The notes beneath the pieces were generated by a model. That model was not told the origin of the DNA and did not search any database. It was given only the letters and a program-made list of their open reading frames with translations. The position numbers and the translations under genes are program-made. 64,000 nt of DNA from Eledone cirrhosa. Its lineage: Eukaryota. This document shows, piece after piece, positions 39,529-53,950 of the stretch. Each line of letters starts with the position of its first letter. Within the stretch, counting starts at the first letter, position 1. The DNA lies in NCBI GenBank assembly GCA_964016885.1, contig OZ024741.1, positions 289,292,001 to 289,356,000 on the forward strand, written 5' to 3'.

Positions 39529-40660
39529 TATGTGTGTGTGTGAGAATATAGTAAATCAGCGGTATGACTGAGCTTCGGCGACAATGAAAGAAGTCAGACA
39601 ATAACACCAACATCAACATCACAACATATTCTACTTCAGACTAGACGGACAAACATGCAATCATATCCACGTGTGACCATGTGCACACCGTTACATAGAA
39701 ACACAAACATATATATACACGTACACATGCAGGCATGCATACATATCCGTTGCATGTACACACTTACGTCGAATGGATCTCAGTGGAATGTAACGATGAG
39801 TAGTTAAGCTGGTCGAAGAACTGAACAACCTCCTCATGAAATTATTGTGGAAGTGATGGATGAGTATTCCACAAACACGTGTACCTTTAGCTTAATTCTC
39901 TGAAACGCAATGTGACCAAAATTACTTCTTTGAATTACAAGTACATGTTGCATTGTAATGTATGTTGAATAATATATGATATGGTATGGTCTTGTAATTC
40001 CTGACGAGATTGTAGTGGCGCTGTATTGTCACACGGCGTTTCTTTGGCATTTTAATCCTTGGCGGAGCTCATCCCTCTTCAGGCCTGTGTACAGCAGATT
40101 TCTTCCAGAAAGGGATAGAAAGTGAGAGAAAGGAAGTGAGAAAGAAATATCGTGGAAGAATTGACCCTAGTACTAGAGAGGTACTTTTTTTTTGTCAACC
40201 TCGAAAGGATGAAAGGCAAAGTTGACTTCAGTGAGATTTGAACTCAGGGAGCAGAGAGCCGAGCAAATACCACAAAACACTCTATCCCACATTCTAACGA
40301 CTCTGCCAAATATATAGACAATTGTAACCTTAACACAAACTTGCCAGAAGTGGAGAAGATTCGTCTCTGATAAAATTGATCCTTTGAATCATAGAAACAG
40401 TCCATCTTGCAGTATAGTGTAAATGGATGAGTAAGCCACAGACACGTGTACCTTTAAACTAATTCCTATGTAGAATCAGCATGACACGATAAATGACAAA
40501 GCCGAGCCTTTGAATTATAAGTACAATTTATCCAATGGAATTCTACATAATTTCCATTCATCCACATTCATTCACAACGCTTGAGCCACACGAGATTACC
40601 ACGCAGTAGTATTGGACCCTGGATTACATGATTGCGAAGATATACGCAATTATATTATTT

Positions 40661-40851
40661 TAGACGGGGATTGGCAGTATCGGTAGAGGGTCGGACGCCA
40701 TGCTTTGACGCATAGAGTTACGGCCCTTGGCATTCTGAGTTCAAATCCTGCCGAGGTTAACTTTGCCTTTCATCCTTACGGGGTCGATAAAATAAAGTAC
40801 CAGTAATGCACTGGGTAATTGCTGGCCTTGTGCCAAAAGTAGAAGCAATTA
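40661..40851 (+). mobile_element. tRNA-derived SINE (family S), full length
   Basis: Close match to the reverse complement of 2218-2412. Confidence 0.88.
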
Positions 40852-41182
40852 TATAATTTTAACGCTTTTCTTTTTACGGATATGTGAGGAAGTAAATTTC
40901 ATTAAGAAAGCTCTTTTCAAAAATGGATTTATTTAGAAACTAATATTTTCTCAAAGGAAAACCATTGATTATTATCGTTGCTGTTAATGTTATAGCCCTT
41001 GCTTTCATTTAGAAATTTTAATAAATTTTGGATGTGTATGTTAGTGTATATATTTGTATGTGTGTGTGCATGTTTCAAAAATTCCCTTCCTTTTCTTTCA
41101 GGCTCTAAAACACAGCCCCAGGCCTCAAATTGTATTAGAATAATAACTTATGAGGGAATCTTTCCCAGAAATATAAAATCTA

Positions 41183-41490
41183 TTCTTCTTCTTCTTCTTC
41201 TTCTTCTTCTTCTTCTTCTTCTTCTTCTTCTTCTTCTTCTTCTTCTTCTTCTTCTCCCAGTCATTCCTGGGATTGTCGCGGGGACAGAGAACGTAAGCAC
41301 ACCTTCCTGCGAGTCCTGTTAGAAGCAACTGTCTCCAATTGATCCGGCTGGATCACCAAGCGAACCAGCCGAGCTCATGGGTGTTATCCAACTCTTTTGC
41401 TCTGAGTCTATCTCTAGGTCTCCTGCTGGTTGGTTTTACCAGAAAATCTGCCCAGCGATTCTTTCCTGAAACATTCTTACCACGTGTGTG
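41183..41490 (-). mobile_element. RTE (Expander/Rex3-like) 3' fragment with a (GAA)n tail
   Basis: Reverse complement is homologous to 51120-51350 and ends in the (CTT)n tract. Confidence 0.65.
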
Positions 41491-41993
41491 CTGATACTAT
41501 TAGCTTCCAAGAACGCTATCACAACTCAAAGATGTAACTATGAAGAGGCGAGTAACGCCAGCACTAAAAAAGCCTAGTCTTCGCCAGTCTGAAAAAAGCA
41601 CCAAACTAGTGACTGGCGTGAAAGAGACCACCAAAACCCTGCAATATGTCCACATATATACATATATATGTGTCTGAATATGTAAAAATAGGCTACACGT
41701 GTATTAAAAACTAAAACTCCTACGCTATAAACATGATCATGATAATAAAACCTTCATTAGTCATGAAAAATAAGATAGAATATTTATATAAAACTATGTA
41801 TGATATTGTGAAGTGGTCATGTCACATGTTTTCTGATTGGACAGGATGACAGTCAAATAATGTAAGAAATATTTCAATAAAATGACAATCAATTAGATGA
41901 ATTCAAACAGAAGAAAGTGACGATGAACTGTATTATGTATTTGGTTTGTACTTTTGTACTGTGTGGCGAAATGGCTGAGTTGTCAGAGTATCA

Positions 41994-42617
41994 GATAGAA
42001 TAATGTTTCTACTTTTGGCACAAAGCCAGCAATTACCCCAGTGCACTACTGGTACTTTATTTTATCGACCCTGTAAGGATGAAAGGCAAAGTTAACCTCT
42101 TTAGATAGAATAATTGGTTCTACTTTTGGCACAAGGCCAGCAGTTATCCCAGTGCATTACTGGTACTTTATTCTATCGACCCCGTAAGGATGAAAAGCAA
42201 AGTTAACCTCGCAGGATTTGAACTCTAACCGTAAAGGGCCGTAACTATATGTTGCAAAGTATGGCGTCCGATCATCTACCGATACTGCCCTTCCACCGCC
42301 CTAAATAGGTAGAATAATTGTTTCTACTTTTGGAACAAGGCCAGCAATTATCCCAGTGCATTACTGGTACTTTATTTTATCGACCCCGTAAAGGATGAAA
42401 GGTAAATTTAAACTCTTTAGATAGAATAATTATTTCTACTTTTGGCACAAGGCCAGCAATTATCCCAGTGCATTACTGGTACTTTATTTTATCGACCCGT
42501 AAGGATGAAAGGTAAATTTAACCTCTTTAGATAGAATAATTGTTTCTACTTTTGGCACAAGGTCAGCAATTATTCCAGTTAATTACTGGTACTTTGTTTT
42601 ATCGACCCCGCAAGGAT
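41994..42617 (-). repeat. Tandem array of five family S SINE units (one full length, four truncated)
   Basis: TAGAATAAT..TTCTACTTTTGG restarts at about 41994, 42103, 42309, 42419 and 42529. Confidence 0.88.
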
Positions 42618-43585
42618 AATGTTTAGTGGTTTCGTTCGGGATCTGTGCGTTCATAGATCAAATCCTGCTCCTCCACCGTCGTCGTCGCCGTCGTTGTTGT
42701 CGTCATGTGATTTAAATTAGTGCATCATCTAAAGTTACCGAAGGTTCCATTTACACCTGGAGAAATGTACTGTGACACCGCCACCATCTCCATAAACCCC
42801 AACACTAACACTAACACCAGACACACTATCACAACAACCACTATCATCACCAGTACCCAAAGCTACCACCATCACAACCCCCACCAATATCACTACAAGC
42901 ACCATCATCATCATCACGAACATCATGAATCACATCACCAGAAAGATACTATCACAACAACCACTATCATCAGCAGCACCCAAACTAACAAAGCTACCAG
43001 CACCAATATCACTACCAGCGACTTCATCATCACAAACACCACCATTAATACCACCAAAAACACACTCACAACAACTACGACATCAACCATCCACCCATCC
43101 CACCACCACCACCACCACCACCACCACTAGAGACTACACAAATATCAGAAATACCCTCGCAACAACCAGTTCCACAACCACCTCCACCAGGGCCTACATC
43201 ACCGCCACAAACTCCATCACCATAACTAGAAACAACACAACCATCAAATATTACAGTTAGAAATAACAACAATCACAGCATCAATAAAGATACTATTTTC
43301 TTAACAGCTATTATTGTAGTTCAGTTAATGGAGACTGGCTTAAACTATAAACAACATATGGTTGTTAATACGGAAATTGCTACTCATATACACACACACA
43401 TATATATATTTATTATACACACACACATATATATATATATATTTATATATGTGTATATACACATATATATATATATATAAGTATATGTATGTATGTATAT
43501 ACACTCGTACAAATACACTCCTACACACAAATACACGTGTACACGCGCACACACACATACACGCACGCACACACACACACACACA

Positions 43586-43677
<92 letters not shown>

Positions 43678-43784
43678 TATACGTGTTTAAAATACCACTA
43701 TTTAAAACATTTAAACATTAAGTAATTGAATACTCAATACTTCTAGATAGAGTGTACATTTTATTTTCTAAGAAGTAAAGTCGC

Positions 43785-43850
<66 letters not shown>

Positions 43851-44055
43851 CGGAAGTTATTATTTTAAACCATAACAGAAAGACAACTTTGTGGCTCTCT
43901 TGTTTTGGAAAAAATAAAAACAAATATTTGCTACATTTCCCTATACCACTTTCTGTTTTCCTACGTCTTTGATTGTTTGATTGTAGGGTTATTTAATCAA
44001 ATAGGCACTCTTCTGTAGTAGTAGTAGTAGTAGTAGTAGTAGCAAGAGCAGCAGC

Positions 44056-44114
<59 letters not shown>

Positions 44115-44208
44115 CAAGAGCAGCAGTAGTAGTAGTAGTAGTAGTAGCAAGAGCAGCAGTAGTAGTAGTAGCAGTAGTAATAGCAGTAGTAGTAGTAGCA
44201 GCAGCAGC

Positions 44209-44240
<32 letters not shown>

Positions 44241-44557
44241 AAGCAGCAGCAGCAGTAGTAGTAGTAGTAGTAGTAGTAGCAGGAGCAGCAGTAGCAGTAG
44301 TAGTAGCAGCAGCAGCAGCAGCAGTAGTAGTTGTTGTTATTGTCTTCTCGTGTGTCTGTGTGTCAATTTTTGTATACCTCTCAGGTGTTTTTGTTGTTCC
44401 ACACCATATTTTCTTTGTCTGCTCTCCACTTTTCTGACACACACACACACATACACACACACACATACATACACACACACACACACACATACAGACACAC
44501 ACACATACACACATACATACAGACACACACTCACACCCACCCACATACACATACACG

Positions 44558-44631
<74 letters not shown>

Positions 44632-44634
<3 letters not shown>

Positions 44635-44705
44635 TGAAACCACAAAACACATTGAGCTTTTTGTTTCATAGATGCCATTTTGTAACTGAAAATTACAACT
44701 ACTTC
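44632..44705 (-). pseudogene. Tc1/mariner (DUF4817-type) transposase N-terminal remnant
   Basis: Minus-strand MASMKQKAQCVLWF resembles the MATxQEKAQCVLWF start of this family. Confidence 0.55.
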
Positions 44706-44927
44706 CTGCAGAAGAGAAAATGTATCAGCCACTCACCCTCACAGGATCCGTTCTTCAGGCGAGATACACATTTCCCAATTTCATGGAGGAAACGGTAGTT
44801 CAGGGATTGAGGGCACTATCAGTCCAGACGGGGACCGGCACGAAAATGAAACGGCCGGTCATGTCGCGATATTTTTCTATCTTCCTCCCCTCGCGTTACA
44901 GGCTGCAGTACTCAGGTTTTTGGCCAA

Positions 44928-45043
<116 letters not shown>

Positions 45044-45749
45044 CGGAAGTTATTATTTTAAACCATAACAGAAAGACAACTTTGTGGCTCTCTTGTTTTG
45101 GAAAAAATAAAAACACGGCGTTCCATATTTGAGATTTACCTTCCTTGAATGGGAACAAAGGAATCCAGTTTGGACGTTTACCATCGTCATGGTCAAGACC
45201 GGTAAGGTCCAGTAGGGTCCATGGAACAATTCATCTAGAGAGAGAGAATGAGAGCGAGAGATAGAGAGAGAGCGAGAGAGAGAGAAGTGGGCAAAAAAGG
45301 GTAGAAAGAGAGAGATAAGACAAACACACTCTCGATAATTTCTCACTTGCTACGATCGGGTCAAGAAACAGTCCAATAACTTAGGGGTCTCTTGATAAGC
45401 CTTATTAACCACACAGCGATGGTGCACTTCTGCAGTGCATAATTTGCTGCAAAGAAATTCAACGAAATTGCAGTCAGGACTTTGAAATAAAAATAGGTAT
45501 ATTTTTGTCTATTATTTTCTCGTATTCTTAATTTCATAAATAGCTCTGATTATTGAGTTATTTTAATTCTTTTGATTATTTTAACTCTTTCAGTCATTGA
45601 GCAAAACAGGTCAAAGCGAGCACCCCACACACGTACAAATCAGTGGTGCGACGAATCAAATTTATTAGACATATTACAATCATTCTCGTTCCAGCTCGAG
45701 GCACGATCGATGCAATGATCGAACCTGTCTCTGAAATCGCAAGATCCTC

Positions 45750-46026
45750 ATAAACGTGGTTTTGTCTTTGCGCGTAATTCTTCACGCTCCACATAACGAC
45801 GTATTATCTTCGCTTTTTTTCCCGTTCATTGCCAGGGAACGTCTTCACGAACCAAAGTATCGTCTTTCTGTTTTCCTTCGGTTGCAACGTTTTTCGAAAT
45901 ATTTACTTCTGCGTTCACAGCTTGATTTTTTTTTAGTTTCAGAAGATCCCGTTAAGGGTGAAAGCACCGATTCTTTGCTTAAACTTTAATCTGTTATTTT
46001 AATAAATGTACACACACACACACACT

Positions 46027-46074
<48 letters not shown>

Positions 46075-46609
46075 ATGGACTCTCCCGTCGATATCCGACG
46101 TATGAGTGTCCAACAAAAGTTCAGCTCTCTGGATGATGGTGTCTCATGTGACATTTCAATCCCGCCAGTGACCCACAGACGAAGCCACATAGGTCGCAAG
46201 AGCAAGAGTTTATGGAGAGTCTTGCAGGTTTCAAGACCCATTGCTTCGTCCCTGTTTAGTCAACAAGCAATTTCTCTATGCGACTGAATTCAAAGTTCCT
46301 GATCGCACTATGGTAGCTTTCTCTCCAGTCTCTTCTGTCAACAGCAATTTGTTCGCAATCACGGAAAGAGATTGCAAGAGCAGTGACATTTGATTTCAAC
46401 TTATCCTTATATCGTAACTATGGTCTACCAACTTTCCTGTTGCTGCTGCTGCTAAGCCTACATGAGGACTTCTGGAATTCTGTCGTCACTCATGCGGATG
46501 ACATGGCCCGACCAACGAAGCTGAGATTGCATAAGAAAAGTTTCAATTCCCCCAATGTTGTATTTGGTTAGGATATCGGCGTTGGAAATTTTATCTTCTT
46601 GTACATGAC

Positions 46610-46690
<81 letters not shown>

Positions 46691-46755
46691 TATATTATAT
46701 TTAGAGATTAAACTCATAGTCATTTACATTTATATTAATATATTAATATATAACT

Positions 46756-46793
<38 letters not shown>

Positions 46794-47275
46794 ATTTACG
46801 TGGTTTTGTCTTTGCGTGCTATTGTTCTCCGCGCTCCACATATGACGTATTATCTTCTTTTTCCCGTTCATTGCCAGAGAACGTCTCTATGAACCACCTA
46901 AGAGAACATTAGTCTACGACCTCTTTTATACCATAAACGTGGTTATGTCTTTGCGTGTAATTGTTTTTCACCGCTCCAAATAATGACGTATTATATTCGT
47001 TTTTTCCCGTTCTTTGCCAGGGAACGTTTCCACGAACCAAAGTATCGTCTTCCTGTCTTCCTCTGGTTACAACGTTTTTTGAAATATCCACTTCTGCGTT
47101 TACAGATTGACTTTGTTAGTTTCAGAAGATCCCGTTAAGGGTGAAAGCAGCGATTCTTTGCTTAAACTTTAATCTGTTATTTTAATAAATATTTGCTCTA
47201 CGGTTCTTATATATTTGATATATATTTATCCTTAGCGAGCCCTCTTTGGATTTTAGTCTTCAAATTTATTATTAT

Positions 47276-47280
<5 letters not shown>
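45750..47280 (+). mobile_element. Family D pLTR-like repeats (45750-46005, 46795-46895, 46933-47280) with variant hammerheads at 45935-45985 and 47118-47168
   Basis: AGTTT-CAGAAGA-T CCC GTTAA GGG T-GAAA-GCA..TGC-TT-AAACT; partial copies at 10151, 13068, 60770 and 62686, all beside (TA)n. Confidence 0.7.
46080..46582 (-). mobile_element. RTE-BovB-like LINE 3' fragment
   Basis: QEDKISNADILTKYNIGGIETFLMQSQLRWSGHVIRMSDDRIP..LRYKDKLK. Confidence 0.8.
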
Positions 47281-47346
<66 letters not shown>

Positions 47347-47767
47347 TGTGAACATTATTCTTTTCATATTCAATTGTTTCGTATTGTTCAGGTTTAACTC
47401 TAAAATATTCGTATATACTCAGCTATTCATTTACTTGTTTGTGACTTCGTTTATCACTTCGATATGCGGAATAGAGCTTCGATTAGATTAATGGTAGATT
47501 ACAGAGTCTCGGTCGTGCCAGTTCGAGTGGTTAACTTGACGTCTCAACAAATTTGCGAATTTGCCGCAATGAGTTACAGTAATAATACCGATGTTTCTAT
47601 GATCCCAAAACACACACTTCCCACTAGCAAAACACAAATAAGACGTTGTTAGCTTTATAAATATTCCACTTGTTGTTTTACTTCATTGCACTTACTGAAC
47701 TAGTTCAATGAACTAGGAACATCTCTTACATGTAATACATAAAAAAAAAATCCATATTTTTGGTAAA

Positions 47768-47961
47768 AATAATTGTTTCTACTATTGGCACAAGTCCAGC
47801 AATTACCCAGTACATTACTGGTACTTTATTTTATCGACCCGTAAGGATGAAAGGCAAAGTTAATCTCGGCGGGATTTGAACTCAGAATGGCAAGGGCCGT
47901 AACTCTATGAGTCAAAGCGTGGCGTCCGACCCTCTACCGATACTGCCAATCCACCGCCATT
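47768..47961 (-). mobile_element. tRNA-derived SINE (family S), full length
   Basis: Same A/B boxes and core as 2218-2412. Confidence 0.88.
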
Positions 47962-48045
47962 TTGGTAAAAATAATACAGCCTCGATATATACGATATATG
48001 TAAATATATCTCATATATGCTTTTGTGTTTATGTGTGTGTTGTGC

Positions 48046-48189
<144 letters not shown>

Positions 48190-48616
48190 ACATATCTGTA
48201 GATTCGTGCGTATAGCCAGATTCATTGATAAACTATATTTGAATTTGCACACAGGCACACACACACACACATACACATACACACGTATAAATACACACAC
48301 TTACACACACAGATATATATGTACAGAGAGGGCGAGAGAGATACCGATTGAGGGAGAGAAATATATGGACATATGCATAAACACAGATACTCACACACAC
48401 ACACACGCGCGCATAAGCACACACACATACATACAAACACACACAAACAAACACACACTCTTTCTCTCTCGCTATATATATATATATATATATATGCATA
48501 TATTTACTGAGAGAGAGAGAGACAGTGAGAAAGAGAGAGGGATAATGACAGAGAGAGAAATATATGCACATACACACAAACACAATTACTCACATATACA
48601 TATGCGCACAAATACA

Positions 48617-48701
<85 letters not shown>

Positions 48702-49068
48702 AAACTCGCGAATGCTGTCTGCCAATTAGTTCGCCTTGTCTGTGTGTCTCAGTATGTTTTTCTCCCCTATCATAAAACGGACCTTTCATAATATAAACAA
48801 AGGTTTAATAATTATAATACATAACCTTTTGTAATCTTTCATCATATCAAGGAGATCCTAGTCTCCCCTTCTGCACCCAATCTATTCTCTTCTTAGGTTT
48901 CTTACTCTCCCTTTCTCAGCCCCATTCCTTTCCCCTTTTCAGCCGCCATCTCCGAACGAAACACCTTCTTTATCATCGATTCTTCTATTACTCCTTATTT
49001 TCCATCACCACCAACACACCCGCTTCCTCTATGTATGTATATATATATATATATATATGTGTGTGTCT

Positions 49069-49109
<41 letters not shown>

Positions 49110-49438
49110 TGTGTGCGCGTATGTGTGGGTTTGTGAATATGTATGCATGTACACACACATATACACAGACACAGGCTCATATATATATATATATATATAT
49201 ATATAATTGGTGTTGGATGCATAAAGCGTCCGTAAGCGGTAGGCCGAGTGAAGGCCGCGGGTGTAACTGGACATTTGGAAACTCTGCTTCATAGAATCGA
49301 GACGCATCTGAGGACCTTGCGATTTCAGCGTCAGGTTCGATCATTACATCGATCGTGCCTCGAGCTGGTCGCCAGAGAAACGATTGTAATATGTCTAATA
49401 AATTTTATTCGTCGCAACACTGATTCTCCGTTTCTTAT

Positions 49439-49494
<56 letters not shown>

Positions 49495-49640
49495 TGCATG
49501 CATAAACACACACATACGTACGTACATATACATATACAGATACACGCACAAGCATTCGTCTATCAGATTGGACATTTATTTAAACCACATTTCTTCTGTA
49601 TCTTACTAGATATATTCATACATACATCCATTTAAACACT

Positions 49641-49729
<89 letters not shown>

Positions 49730-50431
49730 ATCTATTTCTCTATCTGTCCAAACATTTATCTGTCTATCAATATATGCATACCATCAAATACATGCCTTCA
49801 TGTCACTCTTATCCAGTCTACTCTAATATGTCGCAATAAACGCCCAAATCTCTTCACTCTGTAGAATAGATTACGATGGTCTAGAAATATATATATTTTT
49901 TAATTAGTAAGGATAAGTAAAAAAATGTGGTGAATTGGCAGAGTTGTTAGAACGTTGGATAGAACGCTAGCCATTATTTGATCCGCCTCACTCTTCTCCG
50001 AGGTCAACTTTGCCTTTAATTCTTTCGAGGTCGATAAAAAAGTACCAGTCTAGTACTGAGGTCGATTCTTCCTCTAAATCTCTTTCTCACGTCACCCCCC
50101 TCACTTTCTATCCTTCTCTGGAAGAAATCGGCAGTACTCAGGTCTACGGAGGGTTGGGCTCTGCCAGGTTTAAAATGCCCAGGAAACACGGTATGCCTAT
50201 TCGGCGTCACTATGACCCCATCAGTAGTTACAGGACCATACTATCCCATATGTAACAGAAAATATGTTTTCCATATATGTTTTTAATTCAATGTTGCACA
50301 GTCTTGATTGCATTTAGTGGATGATATCAATCTTGGACAAAATTTTCCAAATCTTGCATTTATTTTATCAATCGAACCGCTAATTTGTAGGACATAAAGC
50401 AGAAGCACAAAATATACACAAACATGCGTGC

Positions 50432-50487
<56 letters not shown>

Positions 50488-50489
<2 letters not shown>

Positions 50490-50756
50490 AGAGGTTATAT
50501 TTAATTTTATTGGGATACAACAAGCAAAATATTTTTATAACTGATATAAAGCACTCAACAAATTATTGGAGTAAATATCCAAGAGATTCCAACCAGAATG
50601 GTTGCTTTTTTAAGAGTATGTCAATATTTATTTATAAAACTAACCTATATTATATTTTATCTGATGAAATCGTACCATAGTTTGCTCTGGTGGCCCTTGA
50701 AATATGTATAATGAAATAAATATGGTTTTATAAATATAGTTTCCATTTGTTAATAT

Positions 50757-50760
<4 letters not shown>
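50488..50760 (+). mobile_element. Family A element with hammerhead at 50653-50718
   Basis: TATTTTAT-CTGATGA..CCA..TGG..-GAAA-TATGTA-TA-ATGAAATA; TA/TG flanks. Confidence 0.75.
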
Positions 50761-50831
<71 letters not shown>

Positions 50832-50834
<3 letters not shown>

Positions 50835-51003
50835 TATGTTGGGTCGTCAAGTATGAAATTTGTAAAAATTTGTAGAAAAAACAATTTCTACAAATTTATA
50901 TATTTATATATATATATATATATATATATAAATATATAAATTTGTAGAAATTGTTTTTTCTACAAATTTTTACAAATTTCATACTTGACGACCCAACATA
51001 TAT
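50832..51003. repeat. Inverted repeat with nested sub-palindromes around a (TA)n centre
   Basis: ATATATGTTGGGTCGTCAAGTATGAAATTTG... / ...CAAATTTCATACTTGACGACCCAACATATAT. Confidence 0.9.
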
Positions 51004-51029
51004 ATCTATATATACCCAAGAAAGGTGTT

Positions 51030-51352
51030 TGGAGTAACGTTACTCGATAAAATGCGTAGCACGGAGTCACTCCAGGTAGAGCCGCTACTTCTTTGAATTG
51101 AGAGATCATAACGAATATGGGCATGTGGTTAGAATGTCTCAGGAAAGAATCGTTGGACAGATTTGACGGGCAAAACCAGCCGGCAAGAAACGCAGTGGTA
51201 GATCGCGAGCAAGATGGCTGGATAACATCCATGAGCTTGGCTGGTAACGTTTGGGAATCCCATCGGATCAGTTGGGGACGGTTGCTTCTGACATGACCCT
51301 GCTAGAAAGAGTGTTTGAGGACTCCTCCCCCACGACCCTCTCAGGAAGAAGT
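51030..51352 (+). mobile_element. RTE (Expander/Rex3-like) 3' fragment
   Basis: GHVVRMSQERI..AKPAGKKRSGRSRARWLDNIHELGW*RLGIP..LLPPRP. Confidence 0.75.
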
Positions 51353-51449
51353 TTATGTATATATATATGAATTGTTACATGGGCGAAGTAAGGGAAGAGC
51401 ACAGAATAGATACATAGATCCCCACTGCCACCAACAACACTACCACAAT

Positions 51450-51514
<65 letters not shown>

Positions 51515-51789
51515 TTACTACTACTACCACTACTACTACTACTACTATCACAGTTATACCCATGCTACAATATACTGCTATTCCACTACTACAAAATTAC
51601 ATTACTGCCCCTCCTCAATCAGCTATACTCCACCGTTAATGCACCTCCTACATCCCCTGCCTCCATCACCAACACCCTATACCCCTTCCTTCCTCTGCTA
51701 CCCCTCCGTTATAGCAGCCCACTTACACCACCGTGCTCTTGTACCACAACACTCCCTCCGCACCCCGCCGCATCACTCTACATCATACC

Positions 51790-51840
<51 letters not shown>

Positions 51841-51848
51841 AATCTATC

Positions 51849-51927
<79 letters not shown>

Positions 51928-52869
51928 CTATCTCTCCCCCCTCTCTCAACCTCACTTCACACAAATCTCGTCACAAGACATAATTTTTGTCTTGCTGATT
52001 CCTTGATTGCGACGTTGCAGAAAGAATTTCTCAAGAAATCACCAATCGTCCATTGTTTATCTTAACAAAGCAGAGCTACAAATATACACCTTCTATCTTG
52101 CTGACGTTAATATCTGTATTTAGGCAGGATAAGGATGAAGGCATGTATACATGTATGTATGTGTGTATATATGTATGTTTGTATGTATGTAAGTCTGTGT
52201 GCATATGTATGAATGTACGTATGTATACATGCATGAGTATGCATATATGTATGCATATATAGAAGTATAAAGGGATGCATATATATATGTATATATGTAT
52301 GTATGTATGCATGTATATATGTATGTATGCATGTAAATATGTATGAATGTATTTATTTATTTATATATATATAATTATGTATGTATGTATTTATGTATAT
52401 ATGTATGTATGTATGTATATATGTATGTATGTATTTATTTATTTATTTGTGTAATTATGTATGTATGTATTTATGTATATATGCATGAATGTAAGGATAG
52501 ACAGATGGTTGGATGTAAACATTGATCTGGAATTGAAGGGTCATGTGTACATGAATGTAATATAAATGTATACATACGTATGTATCGAATGTATGAGCTT
52601 AGTATTTCGACTGAACGAGCGCGAAAGGGAAAAAAGACTGAACAGCGAGGGAACGAAGCGGTTTCTGTCAATAAACATAAATATTCTTTACAAAACATAT
52701 GAAGTATTATACATTGACACTCCCAACACACACATACACAAGCACACTGACTCACAAACATTTACACACACACATACATCTCCCACAAACATACACACCC
52801 ACACACAACTATACATGAGCTTATTATTCACTTTAGTATTTTATACTTACGTAATGTAGAATACAAGCA

Positions 52870-52989
52870 TTTCCGAGTTCAAATCCCGCCGAGGTTAACT
52901 TTGCCTTTCATCCTTACGGGGTCGATAAAATAAAGTACCAGTAATACACTGGATAATTGCTGCCTTGTGCCAAAAGTAGAAACAATTAT
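52870..52989 (+). mobile_element. Family S SINE, 5'-truncated
   Basis: Starts at the B-box GAGTTCAAATCCCGCCGAGG. Confidence 0.85.
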
Positions 52990-53900
52990 GTATTATAAGG
53001 CTTTATTGGTCCTATGTTTAAGGTTCAATTATTTCGAAAGCTAACAGGGAATGAGATTTCGCTATCGAAACAATGGAAGCTTAACCGTAGGGCAAGGAAT
53101 CCTTATTATCTCTCCCCCTCTTTTTCTCGCTCTCTCTCCAACTCTCTCTCTTTCTCTTTCTATATATGTATGTATGCATGTATGCATAATACGTATTGAG
53201 CTTTTCCATTAAGAAACACTAGCAGAAAAACCACCTTTCGGGTGGTTTTCTGCTAGCATGTGTAGTGTGTATATAGATAATATATGCAGGTATATATACA
53301 TGCAGATATGATACATCAAATAAAATCGTAATTGACAATATATAATACATAGAAATTGAACGAAGACTGTGTTACACTGTCTTATTTAATCAGTAACGTA
53401 ATCCATGATACATTAAAACAGACGATATTATATATAAACTGCATTAGGAGAAAATTAGTGACGGAAAATTAGTATGTTTATTTAAGCGATCGCCACCGGA
53501 AGTGTTGACATTTCAGAAATTTTAAAGAAGTGAATCTTTAAATAAACAAAAGATATTTAATGAACAGCCACGAAATTTAGTAAATAAATTATGTAATATT
53601 CATTCATTATTTATTCAAATAATCCAACTTATTTTACAAACGGGATAAAAAAAATAAATCGTACGCAATCCCGCGGACCTTCCTTTATTATAGTTTAGAT
53701 AATCATCAAATATATATATATATAAATACATATGTATGTATGTCTATATATATATACATATACATACATTTATATGTCTTTATATATATATATACAAATA
53801 TAATTTCAGCGAGATCATATTTCGGCTATGGTCAAAAACAAAGCGAAACGCAATTTTCGAGATATGCGGCAAGCGCTCAATTGACTAAAAGAAGACCAGA

Positions 53901-53950
<50 letters not shown>

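Noticed and set aside
40661-40760. tRNA gene (A/B boxes)
   Set aside because: No cloverleaf; it is the head of a multi-copy SINE.
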